From the IMG/VR virus record IMGVR_UViG_3300035117_000094, positions 1 to 64,000 of that record: a stretch of DNA of 64,000 nucleotides, one strand, 5' to 3'. This DNA is from a virus. A program made the translations under genes and the position numbers. The notes beneath the pieces are model-generated. The model was not told where the DNA came from. It searched no databases and saw nothing but the letters and a program-made list of their open reading frames with translations. Positions 8,463-17,382 of this stretch are shown here, piece by piece; positions within the stretch are counted from its first letter, which is position 1; every line of letters starts with the position of its first letter.

Positions 8463-8488
8463 ACAGTCACGCACGAAGGGAAAGCACG

Positions 8489-8974
8489 ATGCGCAAGCCG
8501 CTGAAGGACACGAACAAGACCTACGCCACGCTTAACGCACTGCTCGGCAGCCTGCCAGAATTCCGTCCCGCCCCTGTTCGCTCGGATGTTGCCGGCGTTA
8601 TCCTCGCCTGCTGGGAGGCGGGCCTGATCACCACGGACGAGCTTGCGTGGGAAGTGCTGCGCATAGTGGAGCACGACGTTGCCGATGGCTTCGTGCCGTG
8701 GGACGTGTCGTGCTTCGGGCAGCTCCACGATTTCGTGGACGCCAACATGTACACGGACGAGCTGATCGGGCTTGCGGAGCCGGACGACGAGGACGACGAA
8801 CGGCACATCGCCATTCACAACGCCGTGACCAGCCGCGTTAACGAGCTGCTTACGGGAAGCAAGGAGACGCCGGCGTACTACGCGGACGGCTTCCCGTGGC
8901 AGGAGATGCAGGAGCGCGGCAAGTCACGCGATACCGACATGGCCGTGTACCTGGTCAGCATGGGCAGGCGATAG
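8489..8974 (+). CDS. Acidic hypothetical protein (LHDFVDAN motif)
   Basis: GAAGGG SD after A4. Confidence 0.75.
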   Translation: MRKPLKDTNKTYATLNALLGSLPEFRPAPVRSDVAGVILACWEAGLITTDELAWEVLRIVEHDVADGFVPWDVSCFGQLHDFVDANMYTDELIGLAEPDDEDDERHIAIHNAVTSRVNELLTGSKETPAYYADGFPWQEMQERGKSRDTDMAVYLVSMGRR

Positions 8975-8977
8975 GAG

Positions 8978-9583
8978 ATGACGATCATGACAGCGCCGGT
9001 TACGTACACGTTCGACGTGGTAACCGTCACCACGATCCGCGTTACGGTCAGCGGCGGCGAGGAGGCAGCGCGGGCAGCCATCGCCGGCCTGGAATCCCTC
9101 GACATCGACGCCGTGATCACGGGCACGGAAGGCGGCGCGGAAGACGCGAGCTACAGCCCGACGTGCATAAGCCCGCGCGGGAAGGCAGCGCTCGTGCATG
9201 CTACGGGAGCACACGGCGAGGACATGCCCGTGGAAGAGGACGAGGGACTCGCCGAGCCGCTGTTCAGCACGGGCGAGGCACGGGAACTGATCACGGACGG
9301 CTGCGACGACCACGGCGGCGAGGAGGCAGCGCGAGACGCGCCGGATACGCCCCTCACCGTGTACGTTGTCACAGAGGGCGCTGATATCGAGTGCTGCGAG
9401 CACCACGGCGCGTTCAGCACGCCGGAGAAGGCAACAGGGTACGTGAACGCCAGCGCTAAAGGCGGCGCGCACTGGTACGCTAACCCGTTCCACGCGCGGT
9501 CTAGGCACGGCGGATCGGAATGGACGATCGTCCCGATGATCCTTGACGAGCTAACACCGAACACCCACCAGGAGGCATCGTGA
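8978..9583 (+). CDS. Acidic hypothetical protein
   Basis: Packed ORF; internal 21-bp direct repeat (9052, 9313). Confidence 0.65.
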   Translation: MTIMTAPVTYTFDVVTVTTIRVTVSGGEEAARAAIAGLESLDIDAVITGTEGGAEDASYSPTCISPRGKAALVHATGAHGEDMPVEEDEGLAEPLFSTGEARELITDGCDDHGGEEAARDAPDTPLTVYVVTEGADIECCEHHGAFSTPEKATGYVNASAKGGAHWYANPFHARSRHGGSEWTIVPMILDELTPNTHQEAS

Positions 9584-9957
9584 CCGAAGAGGCACAGTTC
9601 ACCGAAGAGGAGATCGCGGCGGCCATACCGCAACTGCCCGACTGGCAGCGCTACGATAACGCGGCGGTCCTGTACACGCGCGGACCGGTAAGCGCGGTCG
9701 TGCTGGCCGCGTTCGCCGAGCTGGCCAGCGCGATCAGCAACAGCACCGATGGCGGCGCGAGCGTTGCCACGGAGTACGGGCAGCTAGCCGCGCGTGTGGC
9801 CAAGCCGGCGGCGGACGTGCGAGAGTGGGCGCTACGGCACCTTCGCCAGCAGGCGGAGAAGGCAACGGCCGACAAGCACATTCTTGCGTGTGAGAACGCG
9901 GAGAGGGCAGCAGCCGTTGCCGATGCCGAGCGCTTGCTCAGGCCGGCCGCCACCTAG
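9580..9957 (+). CDS. Hypothetical protein
   Basis: AGGAGG SD, GTGA overlap; ends at A5. Confidence 0.7.
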   Translation: MTEEAQFTEEEIAAAIPQLPDWQRYDNAAVLYTRGPVSAVVLAAFAELASAISNSTDGGASVATEYGQLAARVAKPAADVREWALRHLRQQAEKATADKHILACENAERAAAVADAERLLRPAAT

Positions 9958-10022
9958 CACGAGGAGCCTCGTCAACGGCGTGATGCCGCCCCGTCGAACG
10001 GGGCACGAGGCGCGCAAGGACA
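9955..10022 (+). repeat. Type-A element A5
   Basis: T->C converts a G.U pair of P2 to G-C. Confidence 0.95.
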
Positions 10023-10045
10023 TAACCGCGAGCGAAGGGCACGAC

Positions 10046-10489
10046 ATGACCAATCCCGCAGACGACATCGCCAACGCGGACATCAGGCGAGCGCGCACGG
10101 CGCTGGCCGTCATGTCCGCGCCGGCCGGCCAGCTCGGCACGGACGCGCACGACACGCTGCTCCGTAACGCTGCGGAGATCCGCAGGTTCCTGGACCGGCT
10201 GGAAGGCCAGCGGCTAGCCGAGCGGCGACGGCAAGGAGACTTCACCCCCGAACTGGTCACGCTGGAGGCGCAAGCCGGCGAGCTGCGCGCCCTGTCCTCC
10301 GAGCTGGGTAACGTCGCATTCGAGGTGACCGCGCAGCGCTCGGGCATGTCGCGCAACGGCCACGACGCGAGCGACGCGATGCAAGTGCAGGAGTACGGGC
10401 GCACGGTCGAACTGCTCATCGGCAAGCTGACCGTGGTGCGCGATACGCTCAGCGCGCTCGGGTCAGCGTTCGGCGAGCCTGCCGCATGA
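10046..10489 (+). CDS. Hypothetical helical protein
   Basis: GAAGGG SD after A5. Confidence 0.7.
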   Translation: MTNPADDIANADIRRARTALAVMSAPAGQLGTDAHDTLLRNAAEIRRFLDRLEGQRLAERRRQGDFTPELVTLEAQAGELRALSSELGNVAFEVTAQRSGMSRNGHDASDAMQVQEYGRTVELLIGKLTVVRDTLSALGSAFGEPAA

Positions 10490-10764
10490 GGCTCGGCAAC
10501 GGGCGGCCGGCGGGACCGCGCATGCTGGCCGCCTGGAGGTACGTGCAAGAGCACCCAGGCTGCCCGATCCTGCCCGTTGCGGAGGCGGTCGGCCCGCACG
10601 GCTCACGGAAGTTCGGCTACCGCAGCGTTCACAGGGCGATCAGCGCCGGCCTGATCATGGCGGCGAGAGACTCGCGCGGGCGGTACAGCCTCACGGCCGA
10701 AGAGGTGACCGTGCACCCGAGCGTCACCCGCACCCCGTTCAGCAACTACGTTCAGAGACGATAG
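10486..10764 (+). CDS. Possible winged-helix protein
   Basis: ATGA overlap; wHTH-like pattern. Confidence 0.55.
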   Translation: MRLGNGRPAGPRMLAAWRYVQEHPGCPILPVAEAVGPHGSRKFGYRSVHRAISAGLIMAARDSRGRYSLTAEEVTVHPSVTRTPFSNYVQRR

Positions 10765-10776
10765 GGGAGGCACCCC

Positions 10777-10980
10777 GTGAAGGTCTCGCGAATCAAGCCG
10801 TACGGCGACGAGTACGACCGTCACGGGATAGTCATCGCTCGTCAGTACCTGTGCTGGATGGCCGATCAGACGGTACTTACCGTGCACGTGCCGGCCACCT
10901 ATCGCGGGCGCGAGAAGAGTCGCGCGGCACGAGCGCTGGCCGTGGCCAAGTGGAAAGAACAGCAGAGGAGAAACCCGTGA
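10777..10980 (+). CDS. Hypothetical protein
   Basis: GGGAGG SD. Confidence 0.6.
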   Translation: MKVSRIKPYGDEYDRHGIVIARQYLCWMADQTVLTVHVPATYRGREKSRAARALAVAKWKEQQRRNP

Positions 10981-11468
10981 AACTGCATACCGTCCTTTAC
11001 ACCCAGGACATCCGCAACGCGCTCCAGCGCGCTAAGGCCGCTGGCCGCGTGACCGCTGACGTGGAGCTTGTCCAGCTCAAGCCCGAGGGATCGCGTACGC
11101 ACCCGTACGGGTACCTCGTGCAGCTAGGCACCTTCGACCAGGACAGCCTGCCGGCGGGCACGACCGACCAGCACGGGCGGCGCATGAACGTCCGCAGGTA
11201 CAAGAACAGCGGCGACTCCGGCGCGGCGTCGGAGTACTACGGGCGCGACGGCGCGGTATGGGCGGCCACGTACCACGAGTGGGGATGGTTTATCGCGGAG
11301 CTGTTCGCCGCCGACCCGACCGCCTCGACCAGTGCCTCGTACGGGCGCTACAAGAGCGCTGAGGACTTCCGCGAGCAGACGAACGGCGCGTACGAGCTGC
11401 CCGTTCCCGCTGAGCCGCGCCACTGGCACCCCAACATGCACGGGGACTACACGGGCGGCATCCGCTAG
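10977..11468 (+). CDS. Conserved phage protein (AATYHEWGWF)
   Basis: GAGGAG SD, GTGA overlap; ends at A6. Confidence 0.75.
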   Translation: MKLHTVLYTQDIRNALQRAKAAGRVTADVELVQLKPEGSRTHPYGYLVQLGTFDQDSLPAGTTDQHGRRMNVRRYKNSGDSGAASEYYGRDGAVWAATYHEWGWFIAELFAADPTASTSASYGRYKSAEDFREQTNGAYELPVPAEPRHWHPNMHGDYTGGIR

Positions 11469-11533
11469 CACACGGAGCCTCGTCAACGGCGTGATGCCGC
11501 CCTGTCGAACGGGGCACGAGGCGCGCAAGGACA
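11466..11533 (+). repeat. Type-A element A6
   Basis: Core identical to A2. Confidence 0.95.
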
Positions 11534-11557
11534 CGACCACGAGCGAAGGACACGCGC

Positions 11558-11788
11558 ATGAAGTACGTCATCAGCGAGAAGACCGCTGACCTGATGAAAG
11601 ACCTGTTCGAGCAGCTAATCAACGAGGCCGATCACCTGGTTAGCCATCCGAGCGCAGAGGGCCAGTTCTTCGACACCACGTCGGGGGGCGCGTGCTCGCG
11701 CGAGGATATCGCGGGCATCCGCGACGACATGAGGGCCGCGCTCGGCGAACTGGACCGTCAGCGCGGTGCCGTGATCATCAACACCTAG
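11558..11788 (+). CDS. Hypothetical protein
   Basis: GAAGGA SD after A6. Confidence 0.7.
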   Translation: MKYVISEKTADLMKDLFEQLINEADHLVSHPSAEGQFFDTTSGGACSREDIAGIRDDMRAALGELDRQRGAVIINT

Positions 11789-11806
11789 GGAAAGGCACCT
11801 GCTACC

Positions 11807-12031
11807 GTGACAACCATGTACGAGCCTAAGGTCAACCAGCCGCGCCGTGTCACGCACGAGCTAGCCGGCGAGGAAACAGACATCGTGCCCGAGCTAACGG
11901 GCTTCTTCGAGCGGCCGGCATACGCCACGCTGGCCGACATCACGACGGCGCTCGTGGAGGAGACCGACCCTCACGAGCTGCACCGCCTTCAGGGCCTGCT
12001 GGACAGCGTGCGGGCAGGGGAGATCGGATGA
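11807..12031 (+). CDS. Hypothetical protein
   Basis: Packed ORF with SD. Confidence 0.6.
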   Translation: MTTMYEPKVNQPRRVTHELAGEETDIVPELTGFFERPAYATLADITTALVEETDPHELHRLQGLLDSVRAGEIG

Positions 12032-12423
12032 CCGGCAGCGGCGTAACGAGGCAGCCTGAAAACGAGCCTGAGGACGCCGAAGCCGGCAAGGAGCTGCTTG
12101 ACCTGATCGTGAAGATGGTGCCCCCCGTGCTGTGGGAGAAGGTGCCCGCTAACAAGGACACGTCCGTCCTGATCGCCCGTGAGGGCGCGTGGGAGGCACC
12201 CGAGCCGGCGGCGGCCATCCGTGCCGTCATGCGCGCGGGCAGCGACGCGAACTTCGCCGGCATGGGAGACGACGAGGTGAGGGCACTCCGCCTCGTGGCC
12301 TTCGACTTCCTCCGGGTAGCCGATGAGGAGCTGTTCTACCGCAGGACAGTCGCGCCCGCCATGCGGGCCATAGCCCAGGCGAGCACGCTCATCCTGCGTG
12401 ACGCCGGGGAAGGAGGCAGCTGA
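12028..12423 (+). CDS. Hypothetical protein
   Basis: ATGA overlap. Confidence 0.65.
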   Translation: MTGSGVTRQPENEPEDAEAGKELLDLIVKMVPPVLWEKVPANKDTSVLIAREGAWEAPEPAAAIRAVMRAGSDANFAGMGDDEVRALRLVAFDFLRVADEELFYRRTVAPAMRAIAQASTLILRDAGEGGS

Positions 12424-13310
12424 TGCAGAGGCTCCGGGTACTGCTGGCCTGCGAGTGCAGCGGGCGAGTGCGAGACGAGTTCGCCAAGCGCGGGTGGGAG
12501 GCCGTCTCGGCGGACATCCTGCCGAGCGAGACGCCCGTGGACCGCAGCATGGTCTCAACGCTGATCCACGGGCAGGGAAGCGCGGGGCAAGGACCGGAAG
12601 AGTTCCACTCACCTGTTGAGACAGGGACAGGCGGCTGGCAGCGCTGGGACGCGGGCGGCTCAACGGCGCACTACCGGGGCGACGTGCGAGACCTTTTCAG
12701 CTGGGATCACCCGGTGAACAGGTCTCGTATCCAGCCGGGCAAGCCCGTTAACGAGCAGCTTCCCCCGTGGGATCTCGTCATCGCGTTCCCGCCGTGCACC
12801 CGGCTGTCGTACGCGGGCAACCGCTGGCGGAAGGAGTGGCAGGCCAACGGCGAGGAGGACGCGGGCGCGGCGTTCTTCATGGACATGATCAGCGCGCCGT
12901 CGCCGCTAGTCGCGGTCGAGAACCCGCGCGGCGTGATGTTCCAGCGCTACCGCAAGCCTGATCAGGCGATCCAGCCCTGGTGGTTCGGTGATCCGTTCCG
13001 GAAGACCACGTGCCTGTGGCTGAAGGGGCTGCCCCCGCTGGTGCCGGAGCTTACTGAGCCGGAAGTTCTGGCGACCGTCAGCTCCGGCGACCTGGCCGGC
13101 TACCGGCTGCACCGTGCCGCGACGGGCGGGGGGTCGCACCGCACCGACGCGGGCGCGGAGCACCCTGCCCACGACTTCGGCGGCCGGAAGCACTACGAGG
13201 ACAGCGAGGGGCGCGTGAACCGGGCGAAGGTCCGGTCCCGCACGTTCCCCGGCGTCGCCCGTGCCATGGCCGCCCAGTGGGGCGCGTTCGCGGAGAAGTA
13301 CCACAGCTAG
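12423..13310 (+). CDS. Putative DNA cytosine methyltransferase (phage type)
   Basis: RVLLACECSG motif-I variant, FPPCT catalytic motif IV, ENP motif VI, RSRTFPG C-terminus. Confidence 0.8.
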   Translation: MQRLRVLLACECSGRVRDEFAKRGWEAVSADILPSETPVDRSMVSTLIHGQGSAGQGPEEFHSPVETGTGGWQRWDAGGSTAHYRGDVRDLFSWDHPVNRSRIQPGKPVNEQLPPWDLVIAFPPCTRLSYAGNRWRKEWQANGEEDAGAAFFMDMISAPSPLVAVENPRGVMFQRYRKPDQAIQPWWFGDPFRKTTCLWLKGLPPLVPELTEPEVLATVSSGDLAGYRLHRAATGGGSHRTDAGAEHPAHDFGGRKHYEDSEGRVNRAKVRSRTFPGVARAMAAQWGAFAEKYHS

Positions 13311-13372
13311 GCAACCCGCCCCCGTAACCGCGTGACGCCGGCGATCGGATCGCCACGGGGGCACGCACGCCA
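13308..13372 (+). repeat. Type-A element A7 (most diverged)
   Basis: GCCCCCGT-AAC-CGCGTGACGCC-GGCGAT CGG ATCGCC-ACGGGGGC-ACGC. Confidence 0.8.
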
Positions 13373-13400
13373 CACCCAGACCGCTAGGAAAGGCACTCTC

Positions 13401-13814
13401 ATGTCAAAGGGCATCTTCGACCTGTCCGCCGAGGACATCATGTACTCGCGTGACGTGGACGCGCGCATCGCCGGGCTTGAGCAGGAGATCACTGCGCTGC
13501 TAACCCCGGACCCGGGCGACGGCAGCCCCGAGATAGACGAGGCCGCCGAGCTGGACGCCGAGCTTACCGAGCTGAAGGAGTTCCGCGACACCGTGACTCG
13601 CAGCCCGGCCGGGGACGGCTGGGACAGGGATCGCGGCATGTCCTTCATCAACGTCCGCTACTGGGACCAGTACGCGAGTGAGCAGGCCGGCGAGATCTAC
13701 GGCGAGGCTACGAGCACTGAGTTCTGGGACGGCGGGAAGTGGTCGGCCCGCCTTCAGCGGGACTTCGCCGAGGTCAGGCTGAACGGCGACGTGTTCCTGT
13801 ACGACGGCAGGTAG
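13401..13814 (+). CDS. Acidic ArdA-like antirestriction protein (putative)
   Basis: D/E-rich; C-terminal WD..KW.ARL..DF..V.LNG..FLY resembles the ArdA C-terminal pattern. Confidence 0.55.
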   Translation: MSKGIFDLSAEDIMYSRDVDARIAGLEQEITALLTPDPGDGSPEIDEAAELDAELTELKEFRDTVTRSPAGDGWDRDRGMSFINVRYWDQYASEQAGEIYGEATSTEFWDGGKWSARLQRDFAEVRLNGDVFLYDGR

Positions 13815-13817
13815 CCG

Positions 13818-13843
13818 GGAATACTCGCGACCGTTCACCGGTT
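13818..13843 (+). promoter_or_regulatory. ECF-type promoter GGAAT-N18-GTT
   Basis: Exact match, intergenic. Confidence 0.85.
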
Positions 13844-13873
13844 ACACAATGCGAGCGATGAGAGGAGACACGC

Positions 13874-15037
13874 ATGCAGACTCGCGAGCTAACACCGCTA
13901 GACTACGCACGGGCCTTCGCCGGCCGGCTGGTCTACGCGACCCCCGAGCAGCTTGACGCGCTTACCCTGCTGGTCACGGTCAGCCACGTCATCAACTGCT
14001 TCACGACCGTGCCGCGCGGGCTGGCGGTCAGCGACGAGCCGGGGTCAGGCAAGTCCACGGTCCTTCACTTCGCGCGGATGCTGGGCTGGCGGGCCTGGTC
14101 GGGCACTAACGCCACGGAGCCGGCGATCAAGGCCAAGTTCATCGAGGGCGAGTGCACGCTCATCGTGGACGAGATATCCAAGCTGTTCGGCGAGTCCGGC
14201 ATGAACGGCAAGAACAGCAAGCTCTACCAGCTTCTCGTGTCCGGGTACGAGTCCGGGGCGACTACGGCGTTCAGCGCCGGGCGCGTCACGGAGGACGTTC
14301 CGATCTACGGGGTGGCCGTCGCCGCCGGGCTGCGCAAGGCAGCACCGGACGACCTGCGGTCCCGGTCGGTTATCTGGCAGATGAAGCCAGCGCCGCCGGC
14401 CGTGGCGGAGGCGCTTGAGGACGCGCTGGACCCGAGCACCCGGGCTTACGGCCTGGACCTGGGCAAGGCGCTGCACAAGTGGGCGCGGTCCAGCGCCGAG
14501 GAGATGCGCGAGTTCGCCAAGAACGGGCTTCGCGGGCTGCACCCCAAGCTGAACGGGCGGCGGCGGCAGGTGTGGGGTCCGCTGTTCGCGGTCGCGCACG
14601 TGGCTGGCAGCGACTGGCCGGCGCGGTGCCTGCGGGCGTTCCTCGACCTCGCGCTTGACTCCGGCGAGCGGCCGGTCCTCGTGCCCGAGGAGCAGGTTCT
14701 CCTGGACGCTGCGGACTTCACCGGGCAGCACGGCACCGAGGAAGGCTGGATTACGTCCCGCGACCTGCTGACGTGGCTGAAGGGCACCGAGCGCGAGCTG
14801 TACTGGCCGATGTCGGACCGGGCGCTGGGCAAGCTGATGACGGCGACGCTGGGAGCGACGCGAGCGGAGCGCTGCTCGTTCGTGTACCCGCAGCCGGAGG
14901 ACGAGGGCAAGGTACCCGTGCACAAGGGGTGGTTCATGGCGGAGCACCTGCTTCACGCCGCCGACCTCCGCGCCCAGCTTAACCTCGTGCTCCACGAGAA
15001 GCAGGAACCCGACGACATCGACATGATGTTCGAATAG
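13874..15037 (+). CDS. P-loop ATPase (DUF3631-like)
   Basis: Walker A EPGSGKST, Walker B LIVDE, RSRS arginine finger. Confidence 0.8.
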   Translation: MQTRELTPLDYARAFAGRLVYATPEQLDALTLLVTVSHVINCFTTVPRGLAVSDEPGSGKSTVLHFARMLGWRAWSGTNATEPAIKAKFIEGECTLIVDEISKLFGESGMNGKNSKLYQLLVSGYESGATTAFSAGRVTEDVPIYGVAVAAGLRKAAPDDLRSRSVIWQMKPAPPAVAEALEDALDPSTRAYGLDLGKALHKWARSSAEEMREFAKNGLRGLHPKLNGRRRQVWGPLFAVAHVAGSDWPARCLRAFLDLALDSGERPVLVPEEQVLLDAADFTGQHGTEEGWITSRDLLTWLKGTERELYWPMSDRALGKLMTATLGATRAERCSFVYPQPEDEGKVPVHKGWFMAEHLLHAADLRAQLNLVLHEKQEPDDIDMMFE

Positions 15038-15046
15038 GAGGCACGC

Positions 15047-15424
15047 ATGCAGTACGAGGACCGGGCGCGAATCCGCGCCGCAGTGCAGCGGCTAGTCAAC
15101 TACAACTGGAAGGACGAAGAGGCCGACTTCCGCGCGGTCCCGTCCGAGGACCACATCTTCACGGACCTGGTGTTCCTCCAGTCGTGGCTGTCCGAGGGGG
15201 ACGTGGACGCGGCGGCCGACGACGCGGCGCGCGAGCCTAAGCCCGGGCCTGCGCCGTGGCCGTGGATCGCCGCCCCGCGCACGGACGTCATCGGGGGCTG
15301 GGGCATCTGGCACCAGCACGAGCACCGCTGGTTCACGCCTGCGGGCTTCCCGGCCCCGATGCGCTGGGGTAACGAGCCTGCCGGGATGGCCCGTCACCTG
15401 AACGAGAAGGAGGCACGCGCGTGA
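15047..15424 (+). CDS. Hypothetical protein
   Basis: AGGAGG SD. Confidence 0.7.
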   Translation: MQYEDRARIRAAVQRLVNYNWKDEEADFRAVPSEDHIFTDLVFLQSWLSEGDVDAAADDAAREPKPGPAPWPWIAAPRTDVIGGWGIWHQHEHRWFTPAGFPAPMRWGNEPAGMARHLNEKEARA

Positions 15425-15885
15425 GCTACTACATCTTCCGGTTCCCGGAGAACACGCCGAAGCTGAGGTACAAGGAGCTGTCCGCGCTGCTGGACAAGGC
15501 GTGCGACCGGCCAGACTGCCACCTGTGCGAGGCGAAGATCGGCACGACCGTGACCGTCCGCCGCTGTTACGGTGATTACGCCGGGGCCGTCTCCCTCAAG
15601 TTGTACAGCCTGGAGCTTGCGCGCATCTGGCCCGACCGCGTGGAGTTCACCCCGGATGACGACCCGCATCAGGCAACCACGCAGTGGATCTCGCGCATCG
15701 TCCAGGACAACCGCATCGGCAGCACGGTATGGCGGGCACGCCGGCGCAAGGCCGATGGCCCCGGCCCGTGGACAGAGCGCGGGCGGGCCGGGCTGCTGTG
15801 CGTCAGCGGCGATCGCGGCAAGCCGGTATTCGGTCAGTCATTCCCGGTGGGCGAGCCGTGGACGCCACTGGTCCGGAGGGGGTAG
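15421..15885 (+). CDS. Hypothetical protein
   Basis: AGGAGG SD, GTGA overlap. Confidence 0.7.
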   Translation: MSYYIFRFPENTPKLRYKELSALLDKACDRPDCHLCEAKIGTTVTVRRCYGDYAGAVSLKLYSLELARIWPDRVEFTPDDDPHQATTQWISRIVQDNRIGSTVWRARRRKADGPGPWTERGRAGLLCVSGDRGKPVFGQSFPVGEPWTPLVRRG

Positions 15886-15887
15886 CC

Positions 15888-16370
15888 GTGCTGCACCCGT
15901 CCCCGGGAGTCACGTCGCCGCCAGCGCACGACCCGGCGGCGACGTGGATGATCCTGCTCGCGCTGGTCCTGCTCATCGCGGTGCCGCTGGCGGCGGGCCT
16001 CGTCGCCGGGGCACTGCGCGAGCGGCACAGGGACAGGGGACTGGAGATCGAGGCGATGATGGCTAGCCTGGACCCGGGGCGCTTCACGGGCACCGCCATT
16101 CAGCCGGCGAGCCGGAAGATGCGGATAGCGGTAACGCTGTTCGCCTCGCCGTGCGATGACTGCGACTCGGTGGTGAGCCAGCCGTGCCGCCTGGTCCCTG
16201 GCAGGCAGACGGCGGTGGTCGATGAAGATCACGGCTGGGCCTGCCACGTGTCGCGCATCGTGAAGGGCGTCGCCGAGAACAAGGCGCTTTACCTCGCGCT
16301 GATAGCCGAGTGGACGGGGCCGCTGCCCCCTGAGCTGGAAGGACTGCACGCGAATGAAACCCCTGAGTGA
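15888..16370 (+). CDS. Membrane-anchored zinc-finger protein
   Basis: TM helix then CDDC..C..H. Confidence 0.6.
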   Translation: MLHPSPGVTSPPAHDPAATWMILLALVLLIAVPLAAGLVAGALRERHRDRGLEIEAMMASLDPGRFTGTAIQPASRKMRIAVTLFASPCDDCDSVVSQPCRLVPGRQTAVVDEDHGWACHVSRIVKGVAENKALYLALIAEWTGPLPPELEGLHANETPE

Positions 16371-16755
16371 GTTTCCAGGCGACACGCCGCGCGAGAGGCT
16401 GGCAGCGTGGGCACAGGACCGGCTAGCGGAGACGCTGACACCGGAGGAGATCACCGGCTTCCAGGCGGAGGCGGAGCGCCGCGCGGACCAGCGGATCACG
16501 AGTCATGGAGGGCAGGCTATGAGCGAGAACCCGGACCTGGAGCGCATCACGCACTCCCTTGAGCACAAGACGCGCATCCGGGTAACGGGGCCAACCGGAG
16601 CCTCGTGGACGGGCATCGTAGTCGGCATCCTCCAGGAGTCGGCGCTACTGCTGGAGAAGGCAGACGGCAAGCGCGTGATGCTGCCGCTCCGGTTCGACGC
16701 CACGATCGCCGGCCAGTACGAGGACCAGGCAGCCAGCGAAGGAGAGCTACTGTGA
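16354..16755 (+). CDS. Hypothetical protein
   Basis: Packed ORF; internal SD/ATG at 16519 is an alternative start. Confidence 0.55.
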   Translation: MKPLSEFPGDTPRERLAAWAQDRLAETLTPEEITGFQAEAERRADQRITSHGGQAMSENPDLERITHSLEHKTRIRVTGPTGASWTGIVVGILQESALLLEKADGKRVMLPLRFDATIAGQYEDQAASEGELL

Positions 16756-17282
16756 CAGGCATGAACATCACCCTGGTAACTGCCGGAGAAGAGGACCCGG
16801 AGCCGCTGATCAGGGCAGCCGAGCTGTTCGTCATCCAGCACGCGCGGTGCCACCCCTCGACGCACCGCGCGTCTTCCATCACGACGCACGTCAGCTCATC
16901 AGGCGTCCCGTTCCTGGACGAGACGGAACCGGGCAAGGCGGTGCACGGCGCGGGCATCCGGCTCCGGGAGAACGGCAACGACGGCTGGGCAAGCGTCGAA
17001 GAAGACGCGAACGGCCTGGTCACGGTCGTCATCGGGGGAAGCCCCGGCGTGCACCAGCGGGCGCGGGTCGTGTACGCGGACCCTGTGCCAGAGGAGCCGC
17101 CGGCCGTCAAGCCTGCGGCGAACCCGGTATGGCGCGGGCGCCCGGTGGCCGGCTCCATGCGCTCCCGGTGGGAGATCTGGTCTCGCGACGGCCGGCAGTA
17201 CGCGACCCCGGACGGAACCCGGGAGTGGAGTGGCTTCGAGGTCACTAGCGTGCTCCTCGCGCTGAATGAGGCGCCCCTGTGA
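16752..17282 (+). CDS. Hypothetical protein
   Basis: GTGA overlap. Confidence 0.6.
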   Translation: MTGMNITLVTAGEEDPEPLIRAAELFVIQHARCHPSTHRASSITTHVSSSGVPFLDETEPGKAVHGAGIRLRENGNDGWASVEEDANGLVTVVIGGSPGVHQRARVVYADPVPEEPPAVKPAANPVWRGRPVAGSMRSRWEIWSRDGRQYATPDGTREWSGFEVTSVLLALNEAPL

Positions 17283-17382
17283 ACGGGAACCTCACCGTCG
17301 CTGACATCCTGTGGGGCGGCCTCGCCGTGCTCCTCGTCACCGGTATCATCATGTTCACAGACAAGGGAAAGGAGGCGGGCAC

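Noticed and set aside
3373-13372. Classical integron attC sites
   Set aside because: No paired RYYYAAC...GTTRRRY boxes, wobbles favour the top strand, and no tyrosine integrase in the window
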